The notes below the pieces were generated by a model, which saw nothing but the letters and a program-made list of their open reading frames with translations, did not search any database and was not told the DNA's origin. The position numbers and the translations under genes are program-made. Positions 1-13,766 of a stretch of 64,000 nucleotides of DNA are shown piece by piece. Every line of letters begins with the position of its first letter. Within the stretch, counting starts at the first letter, position 1. The stretch is from Octopus bimaculoides (Eukaryota), in the NCBI RefSeq assembly GCF_001194135.2, contig NC_068983.1:32332920-32396919 (forward strand), in the 5' to 3' direction.

Positions 1-3000
1 AGTGCCCATGGCATGTGTGTGCACATGTAACAATATGTAAAGGTAAAACTCTGTGTGTGTTTTAAGTTTTTTAGATTTTATTCATCCACACAGTCCTCTC
101 TTGTGATTTCAAGTAGTTGACACATAATGACAGTAACACCCTGAGTAACTACTTCAGGAGGATGAACCAGGTGAAGGTAGTTGGGGGTAGCTAGTGAACC
201 AAGGACTGCATTGCTAGGTGAAAGAAATGCTAGGTGAAAGAAGTGAATATATTGGTCAAGAAATCTGTGGTTGTTTAGCCATGGGTCATCCATGATTGAG
301 CAAACTATAGATCAAAAACATTCCAACTGTGACCAGCCTATCTCTTTTTTCTCATAATTTATAATTGTCTTACATACACTATGAATCCTCCCCATTCTTT
401 TTTAATAGATAGTTAAATGTAGTTTGAGAGAGATTAAGCTGCTATTTTGGCAGCTTGAGAAGCCATGTCTCTTTTTTGTTGAGAAGTTTGTTTCATATGG
501 CTGTGTGAACAGTGTGGAGGAACAAAAACAATGGTATGGTTATTCACTTCAGATAAAGTTGGTCTAGGATGGTTCTCTCCATCATTGAACCCTGGCTTAT
601 GATGCAGAGAAATGAACTGCTTTTACAGTGGCTCAACTATTTTGAAGTTCCTTTTGTACAAGTTTCTAAATGATCTCTTTGTCTTACTTTACTCTTGGAG
701 TGTGTTTTTACAGAAAGTGCATTAATTTTCTTGCAGTTTGAAGTTGATTAAAGAATATTTCAAATACAGGCTATCTGAGATACTGTCTTTGACAAAAACT
801 TGTCGCCTTTGTCAAAGACAGATGTATCATATTAATTCATTTTGCAAGATTCCTGATGTGAAATCGTGTGTTGAAACAGATATTCTTGTATTTCGAGATT
901 GTTGGTTTTTTTTTTTTGCCAAATAAACACGTGCACTATATATTTTTTCTTCACTCATTTATTACTGTTCTTATTTTATTATTCTAACTCTTGTCCATTT
1001 TCCGGAAATCTTTGGAATAAGTGGAGCAAGAACACACCCAAAAATGAAAAGTGTCACTGAAGAGGTCACAGATGTGTGAAGAAAGATTTCCGGTCAATGG
1101 ATATAAGTTAAAATAATAGAATAAGAACTGTAATAAATGAGTGAAGAAAAACTATATAGTGTGTGTGTTTATTTGGCAAAAAAAAAAAAAAAAGACTATT
1201 CCGAAATATACAACAATAAGATTTACTTATAAGAACCTTATAGAAACTGTTGTCACATTAATCCAATCAGATGCAATTCTAATGTTTTATATAGCTGGTG
1301 AAAAATAAGACACTACACTAAAGTTAGGTAGATGACTCTATTGCCTATAATTGTTGATTTACTTAAATATTGTCTTATGTTTGTGATAGGAAAACTTTAT
1401 TGAATAAAAGAATAAGACACAAGAAGTAGTAGCCCAATATCACTGAGATCAGCTTGCCTTTATTCATGAATTCATTGCTTGAGAGAGGCATATGTTCCTC
1501 TATCAATAGTGGACTTTCAGAACTCTATTTGCAAGTTATGAGTTAGACAAATGTACCATACCCACATATAGCTACTGAGCCCTGGCCTCATTGAAATTGA
1601 TGGATCATTAACATCTCTATTGATGTCCTTTTTTGTAACTCTTATATCTACTTCTATGTACACCTGACCTCTGTTACTGTATATCTTCTACACAATGCCA
1701 CCTCCCTCAATACTGTACCTCCACTCTGAGAAGCAGTGTTGTATGCTACTTGGTAACCCTACTAGTGTTGATGCCATGCAAAGAGCACCCAGTACACTCT
1801 GTAAAGTTCTTGGCATTAGGAAGGGCATCCAGTCATAGAAACCTTGTTAAAACTGTGGTTTTAGGTATGATTTCACTGTGTGAGACTTTATGCAAACCCT
1901 GTCGACTACAATTTTGGATTGACCAACATTTTGCAATAAGAATTTGAAAGGTAGAAACTAAAGAAGCCTGTTTGTTTGTGTGTGTGTGTATTTTGCTAAT
2001 GTCGATCATCAAAAATTATAAACTTTATTTAGAAAAATCCAGACCTATGCATTAGGAATGAAGATCTTTGAGGTACTCATGAGTTACAGATATTCCCTTG
2101 TTTCTTCAGAAATTCAGGGAACCACTTTTTGACCTCTTGGCAACCTGTAACCAATGATAGTATTTAAAAAAAAATATATGTATATAAATTCACTGCTGGC
2201 CTTTTATGGTTATTTTGAAAGTGTAGCCTTTGTTGTACTTGTCAAAGTTGTGATGAGTGAATCATTAATTACAAGATTGTTCATAAAAAAATAGGTTTGG
2301 TTAGAAATTAAATGATTCATAGGTGCTGTTTGCATGACACAAAAATTGGTAAGTTAAAGTACTTAATGCATGGAGTATTAAAAGGTGAAATATTAAAAAG
2401 TTAAAATTTTAATAAATATGTAAGTACAAAAGGTAACATGAGACATGTTTCATTCTTATCACATCTCATGAAAAAAGTATAGTGACTATATATTTTAAAG
2501 GAGAGATAACTGAACTGCTAAGTTAACATACAAGTCTGTACTTTTATTGTTGTAGGGTAACAGAATTATTTAGTTGTCGGCATGGATGTGTGGTTAAGAA
2601 GCTCGCTTTGCAACCATGTAGTTTTGGCTTCAGTCCCCTTTGAACAAGTGTCTTCTACTGTAACCCTGGGTTGATCAATGCCGTGTGAGTAAATTTGAGA
2701 GACAAAAACTATGTGGAAGCTTGTCATACAAACATACATATCTGTGTATGTGTGTGTGTGTTTGTTTCCTTCCCATTGCTTGAGGAATGGTGTTGGTTTG
2801 TTTACATCCCTGTAACACAGAGGTTTGGCAAAATAGACTGAGAACATAAGTAACTGACTTGAAAAAATATAGGGGTCAATTAGTTTGGCTAAACCCTTCA
2901 AGGTGGTGTCCCAGCATGGCTGCCTTTCAAAAGAAAGATAACTGCAATGTCAGCAGGTTATTATTCTATTACAACCATTGTTACTTGGTCTCTCTTTCTG

Positions 3001-3819
3001 TTATGCCACAAGAAAATGGAAGGAGAAAGCAATGGCTGTGCTGAGAGAGAAAAAGTGTTATGAGAAATACATTGCATTGACAAGTTGACAGGTTGGAGAT
3101 CAACAGAGAGGGAAGGGAGAAATAGTAGTCAGCCAGCTAGTGAACTGGGTAGTCAAGGAAGCAGACAAGGAAAAAAGAAGTAAAAAATGGAGCAAGGCTT
3201 GAAGTGTACAGTTTAAGAATCAATGAAAGGATATAGAAATAAACCCTTGTCATATTTGAAGAAACATGCTTGTGTGTGTATGCATATATATCAGTGTATA
3301 CGTATGTATGCAATTTTGCTAGACATTGCACTAAAAATACAACATATAAATTGACAGTTGCCAAAGTAACATTGCTGTTTTTGAGAGGGTCAAGGTTTTT
3401 CTGCTCTATTATATAAGAATTCTGAGGAATCTTAGTTTTTTTTAAACTTCTCATGAAGAGATTGTAGTGAAGGTACTAGGGAGATGATGTTGAGATTCAT
3501 GAAGTGGATTTGGACTGTCACTTTTTAAACCTGCATTCCTACACAAACTAGCCATGGGCCACATCTAAAAGTTTGCATTGCTCTACCAAATTTATTGGCT
3601 TTTGATAAAAAAAAAAACTAAAAACTAAATATTACAAAATAGACTAATAGGAAAGAAATATACAGAAAAAAGACTGACTAAACAAAAAGAAAAATTTTGT
3701 TTTTGTACCAGCTGTGATGTAACCCATATGCTTTAAACAAATTATAAAACAAAAACAATAAAACAAAATATAAAACAAAAATAATAATATACTAACATTA
3801 GGTCAAAAAATGTTACTAC

Positions 3820-3855
<36 letters not shown>

Positions 3856-4054
3856 CATAATTATAATAATAATGAATTTAATTATTGCATCAAAATGAGT
3901 AAAGAGTGTTGTTGATCAGATTCACATTGTTTACTTTGAAGTTGGAATGAAAATATTTATGAAGAATCAGTGTTGCCAGGCATTACTTTGAAAACGAAAA
4001 CTATAACAAGCCTAAATTATGTAGGTTAAAGTACATTTGAGATCTACAGATGGT

Positions 4055-4450
4055 TGCTGTTTAGCCTTGATCCAGTAGATCTATCAAACGCATTCCAGAC
4101 ATAGTCTATCTAGGACTGCTATCCAGAATCTTCTTTTTAAAGTGGTAAGTTGGAATTTGCTGGAGATTTGATTGTCATTTCTAGTAGGCAGAGCAATCAC
4201 GACTAAGTTCCTTTTCTGGCTCATTATGGTAGTGTTTGTGTTGTTGCTGTATAACCCCAGGTCAGTTGTAATCGAGCAAATCTGTGATTAGACATACCAG
4301 CTGTGACACCAGCCCTTTATCCAGATATAATCTAAGGCCATGTCAGCCAGTGTTCCCTTTTCTTTTTAAGGTAGTAGTGTGTGATTTGGAGAAGATTTAG
4401 CTGCCACTTTTTATCCGTTTGAGTGACCTAGCAGGGGCTCACTTATTAGT
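4055..4450 (+). repeat. Unclassified interspersed repeat family, two adjacent copies. Others at ~270-470, 20030-20180 (-), 20545-20735 (-), 40230-40440
   Basis: Recurrent motifs tgttgtttagcccca..tca...gatc.agcaga.ctatgatc and gtgatttg.ggagattt.gctgctatttct. Confidence 0.55.
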
Positions 4451-4694
4451 CAGAGACAATTGAATTGGTAAGGTACTGGAGGAATATCAGTTAGCTGTCA
4501 GTGATTTGTGTCCCATTGATGTCACTGTGCCACAGTCCCTGCACTCGTGATGATCTACATCAGCATAAATTGGATGGGCAATTACAAACAGAAGAGGTCC
4601 CTACTTGTATGAAGTTGAATGAAGTTGACTAACTTTACAGTTTGGATCATTTATGAGAAACTATTGTTGAAAGTGTGCATATGTCTTGTGACTT

Positions 4695-4731
<37 letters not shown>

Positions 4732-4771
4732 ATCCTCTCTGTCTCATCACAACCTCACCTTCCCATCTTTT

Positions 4772-4985
4772 AAGGTGGCGAGCTGGCAGAAATGTTAGCA
4801 TGCTGAGTGAAATGCTTAGAGATATTTCGTCTGTCTTTATGTTCAGAGTTCAAATTCCGTTGAGGTTGACTTTACTTTTCATCCTTTCGGGGTTGATAAA
4901 TTAAGTACCAGTCGTGTACTGAGGTCAATCTAATCGTCTGACCTCCCTCCCCCAAAATTTCAGGCCTTGTGCCTAGAGTAGAAAA
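4772..4985 (+). mobile_element. tRNA-head SINE family A. Other copies: + 23660-23815, 26029-26226, 26254-26467, 44044-44245, 52748-52980; - 6727-6918, 30478-30566, 53565-53785, 54058-54272
   Basis: A box GGTGGCGAGCTGGCAGAA and B box GAGTTCAAATTCC. Shared core gcctttcatcctttcggggtcgataaattaagtaccag, often next to (ATT)n. Confidence 0.85.
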
Positions 4986-5107
4986 GCCTCTCTTTTCCAT
5001 CTCAGATATTTAAAACTTTACTTTGTTGTTGCTTAGCTCCAGAGTAGCTGGGGTTGAACAGAACTGTGATCATAGATATTCAAACCATGACCATCTCTTC
5101 ATTATGA

Positions 5108-5422
5108 AGGTGCATGGCTTAGTGGCTGGGGTATTCAGCTCATGATCATAGAGTTGCGAGTTCCATTCCCAGCAGCACATTGTTTCCTTGAGGAAAACAC
5201 TTTTTCATATTACTCCAGTCCACTTAGCTGGCAAAAATGAGTAGTGCCTGTATTTCAAATGGCCAGCCTTGCCATTCTGTGTCACATTGAATCTCTCTGA
5301 GAACTATGTTGAGGGTGCGTGTGTATGTGGAGTACTCAGCCACTTGCACATTAATTTCACAAGCTGGCTGTTCCATCGATTGGTTCAACTGGAATCTTCA
5401 TTGTCATAACCAATGGGGTGCC
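5108..5422 (+). mobile_element. tRNA-head SINE family D. Other copies: - 19095-19425, 34645-34915
   Basis: GGCTTAGTGG...GAGTTC(C/A)ATTCC head. Shared body ctccagtccact.agctggcaaaaatgagt...ctcagccacttg.acattaattt. Confidence 0.8.
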
Positions 5423-6102
5423 TGTTACCTCTTCATTGTTAGAGGTATATATGACATGTCTGATTTGCCTTTTCCTTATTTAACACTATAGGGTGTGATT
5501 TGAGTATAATTTGGCTGCTGTTTCTAACAAGTTGAGTGACCTCAATGAGGCTCTCTCTGATTCTACTTGACTGTATATACTTACATTTGGCCATGATGGC
5601 CAAATCAACTTATACTACAACTAATGATTTTTTTCCTTGGTTTGTCTCTGCTTGTAAAGCTAGTCTCTTCTTTATCTCGGGGTACACCAACATCTCCCTC
5701 CTTGTTATTCCTTAATAACCCAACATAAAGAGATGCCATGTGATGTACAACCCATTACTATTAGTAGTGAGATGGGTAGGTGAATATTGCATATTTGATG
5801 AATGTTCTTTTGTTCAATTACAGTGCCTAGCTGAAATCCCCTCTTGGAAAAATGTCTGTAATAGACTGGTGTTCTTTTCCGGTAGAGAAATAGTTCTCAA
5901 CCTTCTTTACATTTTGGAAACTAGTATATACTCATGTTTACCAAAACACTTTTCTACAATTGCTGTAGATAAGAAAAAAGGATGAAAGCATATATATCAT
6001 CATCATCATCATCATCGTTTAATGTCTGCTTTCCATGCTGGCATGGGTTGGACGATTTGACACACACACACACACACACACACATCTATATCTATCTATC
6101 TA

Positions 6103-6137
<35 letters not shown>

Positions 6138-7594
6138 TCATCATCATCATATCATCATCATCGTTTAATGTCCGCTTTCCATGCTAGCATGGGTTGGACG
6201 ATTTGACTGAGGACTGGTGAAACCAGATGGCTACACCAGGCTCCAATCTGATTTGGCAGAGTTTCTACAGCTGGATGCTCTTCCTAACGCCAACCACTCA
6301 GAGAGTGTAGTTATATATATATGTTATTTTTTTCCTTGGTTTTAGACTTTTTTAGAGGAAAAGGTGCCTCATTAGTTGAATGAAACCCTGTATGTAACTT
6401 AATTCAAGCCATTGGATTCTGGAAGAGTGAAAGACAAAATTTGGTCCCATCAATATTTTGACTCAAAATGTAGTGGGATAAGATTATTCATGTTTATTGT
6501 TTGTAGCAGTTCCTGATATTGATTGCTTGCTGAGTCACAGAGCTAATGTTTGTGAAACAGAACAGTTGATTTAAATTTGTATACTATTGGTACTTATTTT
6601 ATTGAACCAAGAGATGAAAAACTGAATCTAACTTGTTCTGAACACAGAATTCAGTATGAAATTTAATTTAGTGTTTTGCCACTTTTGCTGTTTCATCCAT
6701 TTCTCTACTTCTAGTAGAGAAACAGCAATAATAATGATCCTTTCTATTATAGGCACAAGCTCTGAATTTTGAGAGAGGGAGTTAGTTGATTACATTGACC
6801 CCAGTGTTCAACTGGTACTTATTTTATCAACCTCAGTAGAATTTTCTCTCAGAACATAAAGATGAAATACTGCTTAGCATTTTATCTGGCATGCTAATAC
6901 TTCTACCAGCTCACTCCTGTAATAATAATAATAATCATAATAATAATCATAATAATAATACAAACAGGAAATCTCCCAGGAAAAAAAGGATTAATTAATC
7001 TGTAAAATTCTTGAACTTGTTGCTGCTACCTAACTGTATAAAAAGTAAAACAATGTTGCTCTTAGAACTGGAGAGCCAGTCATGCTGTTGTGAAACCTTT
7101 TAAAAAATTACATTATTAAAGTATTGAAGCACAAAATCACTTTGTCAAGTTTGAAATGCATAAAGCAGTACATCTTGATGAAAAGAAAGAAAGAAAGGGA
7201 AATAGAAATTGTTTTTCTTTTTCTCAAATTCATAATCTGGGAAAACATTACAGAGATAAGGATAATTGCCAAATTTTAGGTCAGAACACTTTGTGGTTGT
7301 GGAGACACGAAAGACTTAAATATTTGTTTTGCACAGGAATATTGACAGCTTTTATGGTATTCAATTTCTTTTGATTTGGCATGTGGCCAAGTTTTGTGTG
7401 GTAGGAGGTATAGCCAATCCCTTGTAACTTTCAACTCTGTGACAAAACATTTAGGTGTGTGGCGAAGAAATTTGGTTTGCAACTGTGTAGTTGTGGGTTC
7501 AGTCTCTCTGCATGTCACCTTGGCATAATGTTGTCAATTATAGTTTTTGGTTGATCAATATCATAAAAGAGGAAACTGTTGTACAGAAATCTAC

Positions 7595-8035
7595 CATTAT
7601 CATCATCATCATCATTTAACATCTGCCTTCTATGCTAGCATAGAATGGACGGTTCAACAGGAATTCGAAAGTGAGAAGACTGCAGTAAGCGCTGTTGTCT
7701 GCTTTGGCATGCTTTCTACAGTTGGATGTCCTTCCATATGCAACCTCTTAACAGAGTATACTGGGTGCTTTTTACATAGTATCAACAGAAGTGAGGTCAC
7801 CAAATAACAACTAGCAAGACAAAATCCCTCCACAAAGGTGTGAAGTAGTATTGAGGGACAGAAAAAAGAAGCTTTGTATTAGAGGGGAAACATGTTTACC
7901 TCAAGTGGGGAGAAAGTGGAGAGAAAGAGATGGTGAGAGAGAAGGGGTGAGTGGACTGGGATTGGAGAAGGTGAGTGGGTGGGTGAGTTCATGAGATTGT
8001 GAAAGGAGAATGATAGATTAAGGGTGGGATGTAAT
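7595..8035 (-). repeat. Related RTE-tailed, GA-rich repeat. Other copies at ~16320-16660 and ~59050-59720
   Basis: Shares the catttaacatctg..ttccatgct.gcat terminus and the ggatgcccttcc motif but has a different purine-rich body. Confidence 0.55.
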
Positions 8036-8045
8036 GAGTGGACAT

Positions 8046-8047
<2 letters not shown>

Positions 8048-8137
<90 letters not shown>

Positions 8138-8633
8138 NNNNNNNNNNNNNNNNNNNNNNNNNNNNNNNNNNNNNNNNNNNNNNNNNNNNNNNNNNNNNNN
8201 NNNNNNNNNNNNNNNNNNNNNNNNNNNNNNNNNNNNNNNNNNNNNNNNNNNNNNNNNNNNNNNNNNNNNNNNNNNNNNNNNNNNNNNNNNNNNNNNNNNN
8301 NNNNNNNNNNNNNNNNNNNNNNNNNNNNNNNNNNNNNNNNNNNNNNNNNNNNNNNNNNNNNNNNNNNNNNNNNNNNNNNNNNNNNNNNNNNNNNNNNNNN
8401 NNNNNNNNNNNNNNNNNNNNNNNNNNNNNNNNNNNNNNNNNNNNNNNNNNNNNNNNNNNNNNNNNNNNNNNNNNNNNNNNNNNNNNNNNNNNNNNNNNNN
8501 NNNNNNNNNNNNNNNNNNNNNNNNNNNNNNNNNNNNNNNNNNNNNNNNNNNNNNNNNNNNNNNNNNNNNNNNNNNNNNNNNNNNNNNNNNNNNNNNNNNN
8601 NNNNNNNNNNNNNNNNNNNNNNNNNNNNNNNNN
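8048..8633. repeat. (TA)n microsatellite running into an N gap. Similar microsatellite-flanked gaps at 10424-11111, 50974-51196, 51963-52397 and 61115-61214; further gaps at 36074-36173 and 55244-55694
   Basis: Seen directly. Gaps are mostly bounded by (TA)n or (TG)n. Confidence 0.95.
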
Positions 8634-8842
8634 ATAGGTATATTTATATATACATATGTATGTATAGGTATATGTATATATACATATGTATGTATAGGTA
8701 TATGTATATATACATATGTATGTATAGGTATATGTATATATACATATGTATGTATGTATAGGTATATGTATATATACATATGTATGTATGTATAGGTATA
8801 TGTATATATACATATGTATGTATGTATAGGTATATGTATATA
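8634..8842. repeat. 30/34-bp minisatellite, about 6.5 units
   Basis: ATAGGTATATGTATATATACATATGTATGT(ATGT): three 30-bp units followed by three 34-bp units. Confidence 0.9.
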
Positions 8843-9942
8843 AATAAATCTTTAGTTAAATATATTCAATGAGAATATTATATACTGAATTTATATTGAG
8901 TGCTCTATTGTATCAAAGTATTAATACTATTAAAGTATTTATGTATTTAACACAAGCGATTGTATATATATCTTATAATATATTATTATTAATATCAGGA
9001 AATCAATATTGGAAAATTCATTGGAAAGATATATACATGTGTAGAGTAATTGTTGTATTAAAGCTATATGTAACTGTGTATAAGTATAAATATATAATAT
9101 AATAATAATAAAATATAAACATGTCAGTTTAAAAATTTTGAATCAGGTTTTAAATTATCTTATGATCGTTTCACAGAAGCGCTGTCTTAATAATGGAATC
9201 CTATATTGATAAGCATTTATAGACAAATCTTCTGCTCTTTAGAGATATAAAATTTAGAATATGCATAATTTATCGAATGGTATTTTTTAAAGATATGAAG
9301 TAATATTATAAAAGGTGTTTGTTTGAAATATAAATCAAATATTAAAAGTTACTGCTTTGCATTTTGGTAAGTACACTTTAGTATAAGACTTTAATCCATA
9401 TTTTCTTCTTTGGTTGGTCTTCAGTAGTAATCCATAATAGTTATGTGTAAAATCCATTATATTATCTGTTTTTGATTTTTGGTAGATAGGCTTTAGTATG
9501 AGAATCTTGAAATTCATATATGCCTCTTTGGTCATTCTTCTGTAGTAATCCATAATAATTGTATATAGAATCCATTACATTGTCTTGTATATGGATATAG
9601 TTCATAGACTTAAATAATATAATGTGAAATTATGTTTGATGTTATAAAATTATAAATTGGTCAGAATGTTTATTTTATATTTTTTGTTTTTATAATTGGA
9701 AGATGCCAATTGAAATTTTTTTTTTGATTTTTAAATTTAATGCAGTTATAACTGTCCTTTTGTTATAGATTAGATATTCAATGGTTCCAATTCCAAGATT
9801 ATCAGTTCAATCTTTATTTAATTTATAGTTTATGTCTTGTAAATGTGAGTATAGTCAAATAATTCTAATTAATTTAGCTATCAGTCTATTTGTAAGTATC
9901 ACCTTATATTTTGATACCATAAAAAAAAAGTATATGTAGTCA

Positions 9943-10390
9943 TTAATCTAAATCTTTATTAGATCTCCTATAATATTTAAAGGTTTTATAAAGCCTATGT
10001 CTACATGTTGAAAGTGCTTCTGATTGACAATTTATTAGGTTCTTATGTTTATATAATAATATATACAGTGATTCCTTCATACAGAGACAACAACTATTAG
10101 ACTTATGCGTGTATGGTGTGGCTGAATCTATTAATGACCAATCTAATTTATAGTTAATTTTGTTTTCCTTAAGTTTAGGTATATATGTAGCTAATGATGT
10201 TGTATTAGTAGCTGTGTTTGGTTTAAAGGAGTGTATATGTGCTAAAAATCTTTGTTTGAAATTTACAGAACTACCTATATATACCATACTATGTGCATTA
10301 TTAATTATTGTAACTATGCATTTATATATTACATTAAATCTTCTACAGTTGCCTTTTAAAGGGCATACTTTTTTATTTTACATGCACATT
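9943..10390 (-). mobile_element. Penelope-like element, C-terminal GIY-YIG endonuclease remnant
   Basis: Minus-strand translation CACK..(frameshift)CPLKGNCRRFNVIYKCIV...VYIGSSVNFKQRFLAHIHSF...LATYI.KLK...W......Y......CCLCMKE...LIN...E..STCRH. This is the typical CxC..CPLxGxC / VIY / YIG / CxLC / CRH pattern. The 5' side runs into an assembly gap. Confidence 0.85.
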
Positions 10391-11111
10391 AAAACTGTTC
10401 ATAAAAACTGTATATGTGTGTATNNNNNNNNNNNNNNNNNNNNNNNNNNNNNNNNNNNNNNNNNNNNNNNNNNNNNNNNNNNNNNNNNNNNNNNNNNNNN
10501 NNNNNNNNNNNNNNNNNNNNNNNNNNNNNNNNNNNNNNNNNNNNNNNNNNNNNNNNNNNNNNNNNNNNNNNNNNNNNNNNNNNNNNNNNNNNNNNNNNNN
10601 NNNNNNNNNNNNNNNNNNNNNNNNNNNNNNNNNNNNNNNNNNNNNNNNNNNNNNNNNNNNNNNNNNNNNNNNNNNNNNNNNNNNNNNNNNNNNNNNNNNN
10701 NNNNNNNNNNNNNNNNNNNNNNNNNNNNNNNNNNNNNNNNNNNNNNNNNNNNNNNNNNNNNNNNNNNNNNNNNNNNNNNNNNNNNNNNNNNNNNNNNNNN
10801 NNNNNNNNNNNNNNNNNNNNNNNNNNNNNNNNNNNNNNNNNNNNNNNNNNNNNNNNNNNNNNNNNNNNNNNNNNNNNNNNNNNNNNNNNNNNNNNNNNNN
10901 NNNNNNNNNNNNNNNNNNNNNNNNNNNNNNNNNNNNNNNNNNNNNNNNNNNNNNNNNNNNNNNNNNNNNNNNNNNNNNNNNNNNNNNNNNNNNNNNNNNN
11001 NNNNNNNNNNNNNNNNNNNNNNNNNNNNNNNNNNNNNNNNNNNNNNNNNNNNNNNNNNNNNNNNNNNNNNNNNNNNNNNNNNNNNNNNNNNNNNNNNNNN
11101 NNNNNNNNNNN

Positions 11112-11145
<34 letters not shown>

Positions 11146-11574
11146 CTATATATACCCGCATACACACACACATGCGCTCAACACCCTCGCACCCATACAC
11201 ATGCACGCAAAAATACCCCAGAGGGCAAAAAGCAAAATACAGAAGAAAGTGTGAAAAAGCTATAAGGTTAAAATGCGTCTATATGCTCATATTTTTGCAT
11301 GCTCGCACATACATCTATATATGCACGTACCCGCACACACACACACATCCACAAGCGCGCACATAAGGTTCCATGTACGTGTCTATAGATGCACAGGAAA
11401 AAACAGGGGTGGAGGGAAGAATACAGGAAAAACATGTGGAAAATATACGAAACATTATCTCTATAAATATGTAAAAAAATATTAAAAAATATATAAGAAA
11501 ACTAAGTAAAAAGTTTGGAGAGATAAAAAGCTTATACATAGACACAATATAGAAAGCAAGTCCTATCAGTAAAC

Positions 11575-11808
11575 TCAGGAGGACCCAAAACGTAGCAAAT
11601 ATTTAGCCACATGTGGACATGACCCGAAAAGTTCAGTTCTTGAATTTAGACATGTGGCGGGGTCTAAGCTGCCTTTCCAGATGAGCCATCTTTCCATATC
11701 ACATAGACCGCACCTTCCGCTGCCACTGGTGTAAGGTTTGCACTTGGCTAAGATCTTCCAATGGATGTTGTAACTGACACCTTTATCTTTTAGGGGCCAT
11801 ATATGACT
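11575..11808 (-). mobile_element. Second Penelope-like element, GIY-YIG C-terminal fragment
   Basis: SHIWPLKDKGVSYNIHWKILAKCKPYTSGSGRCGLCDMERWLI...TCLNSRTELFGSCPH. It starts at a (TA)n tract and is clearly divergent from the 9943 copy. Confidence 0.8.
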
Positions 11809-11829
<21 letters not shown>

Positions 11830-11844
<15 letters not shown>

Positions 11845-12030
11845 TCATACGCATCACATGTCCTAACCAGTGTAGTCTTCTCTCATGCATGCCACATTTG
11901 ATTCCTACTATGCCCAATTTTTCTCTCAATACATTTGCATTTTGCCGTACATGTGCACTGATGTTGCACATCCAACAGAGCATACAACCTTCATTTCTCT
12001 CCATTCTACGCACGCAAGCTTGCGCCTTTA
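11830..12030 (-). mobile_element. RTE LINE ORF2 C-terminal fragment
   Basis: RRMERNEGCMLCWMCNISAH...LREKLGI.GIKCGM.ERRLHWLGHVMRM, same family as 46835. Confidence 0.8.
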
Positions 12031-13148
12031 TTTATTTATTTTCTTTACTAAAACATACAAAAACTATGACTTTCTGTTTTCCTTTCTGCTTATAGAATGT
12101 AAATTTGGCATCATTAAATAATGAAAGTGTATCACTGCTTTCTTTTTCAAAGAAACAAGGCTCTGAGATTTAAGAAGCTTGCTCTGCAATCATGGTTTTG
12201 GGTCCAGTCCCACTGCATGGTACCATAGGCAAGTGTCTTCTACAATAGCCTTGGGCTGACCATTAGCTTGTAATTGATTTTGGTAGATAGAAACTGTGTG
12301 GAAGTCCATCGTGTGTGTGTGTGTGCATGTGTTTCCCCTTGTATTTATTGTCCTTCCTATCACTTGACAACTGGTGTTGGTTTGACTATATCTCCATAAC
12401 TTAGTGATTTTGGCAAACGGGACTGAAAGAATAACTACCAAACTTAAAAGAAACAAGTACTAGAATCCATTTCTTCAACTAGAACCCTTTAAGGCAATGC
12501 CCCGGCATGGCCACAGACTATTGACTGAAACAAGTAAAAGATAAAATATAAATTAGGATTAGGTTAGATTGACAGACAGATATGTAGGAGATTGATAGGG
12601 ATTGGAAGGAGGGAGAGAAAAATAGATTGCAGGTGGCCAGCAAGTGAATCAGGAAGTTAGATGAGCAGGCAAAATGAAACACAAGAAAAGTGGTGGTCAT
12701 TAGAACTGGAAACTTGAGATCTTTGCTTTCCTTGTCATTTCTTTGACTAAAATTTCTGATATTTTAGGAGAGTTACAAAAAGATAAAAAAAACAACTTTC
12801 TTTTGCTTGTTTGTGAGCACATAAAACTGTGTGGCTATTAGATTATTTAGTGAATGACTGTGAACGAGTAGTCAGCAAATTGATGTTTTTTCACATTTTT
12901 GTTTTTTAATTTATTTATTTATTTAAAAGAAATAAATATAATTGGTCTTGCATTTGGCCTGGCAATTAAAAGTCTGAAGAAAACTGTGTAGGCTTTCTAC
13001 AAACTGCTAATTACCTAAGCCAAGATTGTATGGTTGAAAATGATCTAAATACAGTAATTACGCAAACTCTAAAAGTATCTTGCATGTGCATCATTGTATG
13101 TATATATGTGTGTGGTGTGTGCATACATGCATACATGTGTGTGTGTGT

Positions 13149-13235
<87 letters not shown>

Positions 13236-13766
13236 AGCTGGTTATTAAGCTTTAAAGAGGGAAATAGGTTAACAAATGTGTTGCCTAATTTTGTTAATTT
13301 TCTTTTTCATCTATCTTTCTGTTCTATTTTCTCTTCCCTTTTCATTAATAGAATCAAATATTGGGCTGGCTAATGCCAGGGTGATTATAATTCTGATTTA
13401 CTGATGTTTAGATCATTGGTTCAATCTTTGCCACAGGGCATTGCTTTGTAAACTTAGCTGAGACACATAACTTATTAATCTAGCTGAAAAATAAGTCTCA
13501 ACTCTGCTCAGTCACATGGGAGAATGGCTTGGTGAGTGGGGGGATGCCTGTTGCTTAAGAAGTTAACAGTAGATTGGGACTAATGTATTTAATATAGCAA
13601 GTGAAGAAATTTTAATTACTTAAAATCACTTCATTAGTAATGAGGACATATCAATTAGTTGAATATCTAACTATGACCAATAAAAGACAACTTCAGAATT
13701 TTAAAATTCAAGTAATTAAAAATGGAATGCAGTGGGGAGAGTGAGTTTGATCTTTAGCTGTACTGT

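Noticed and set aside
737-926. ORF after a good acceptor (ttttcttgcag), LKLIKEYFKYRL...
   Set aside because: No similarity to the ITPK1 N-terminus or any family I recognise, and no convincing donor. An untranslated exon cannot be excluded.
7989-11366. Long ORFs (200-360 aa) in the track here and at 50.8-52.8, 55.1-55.8 and 61.1-61.5 kb
   Set aside because: They are open only because they run through N gaps and (TA)n/(TG)n repeats.
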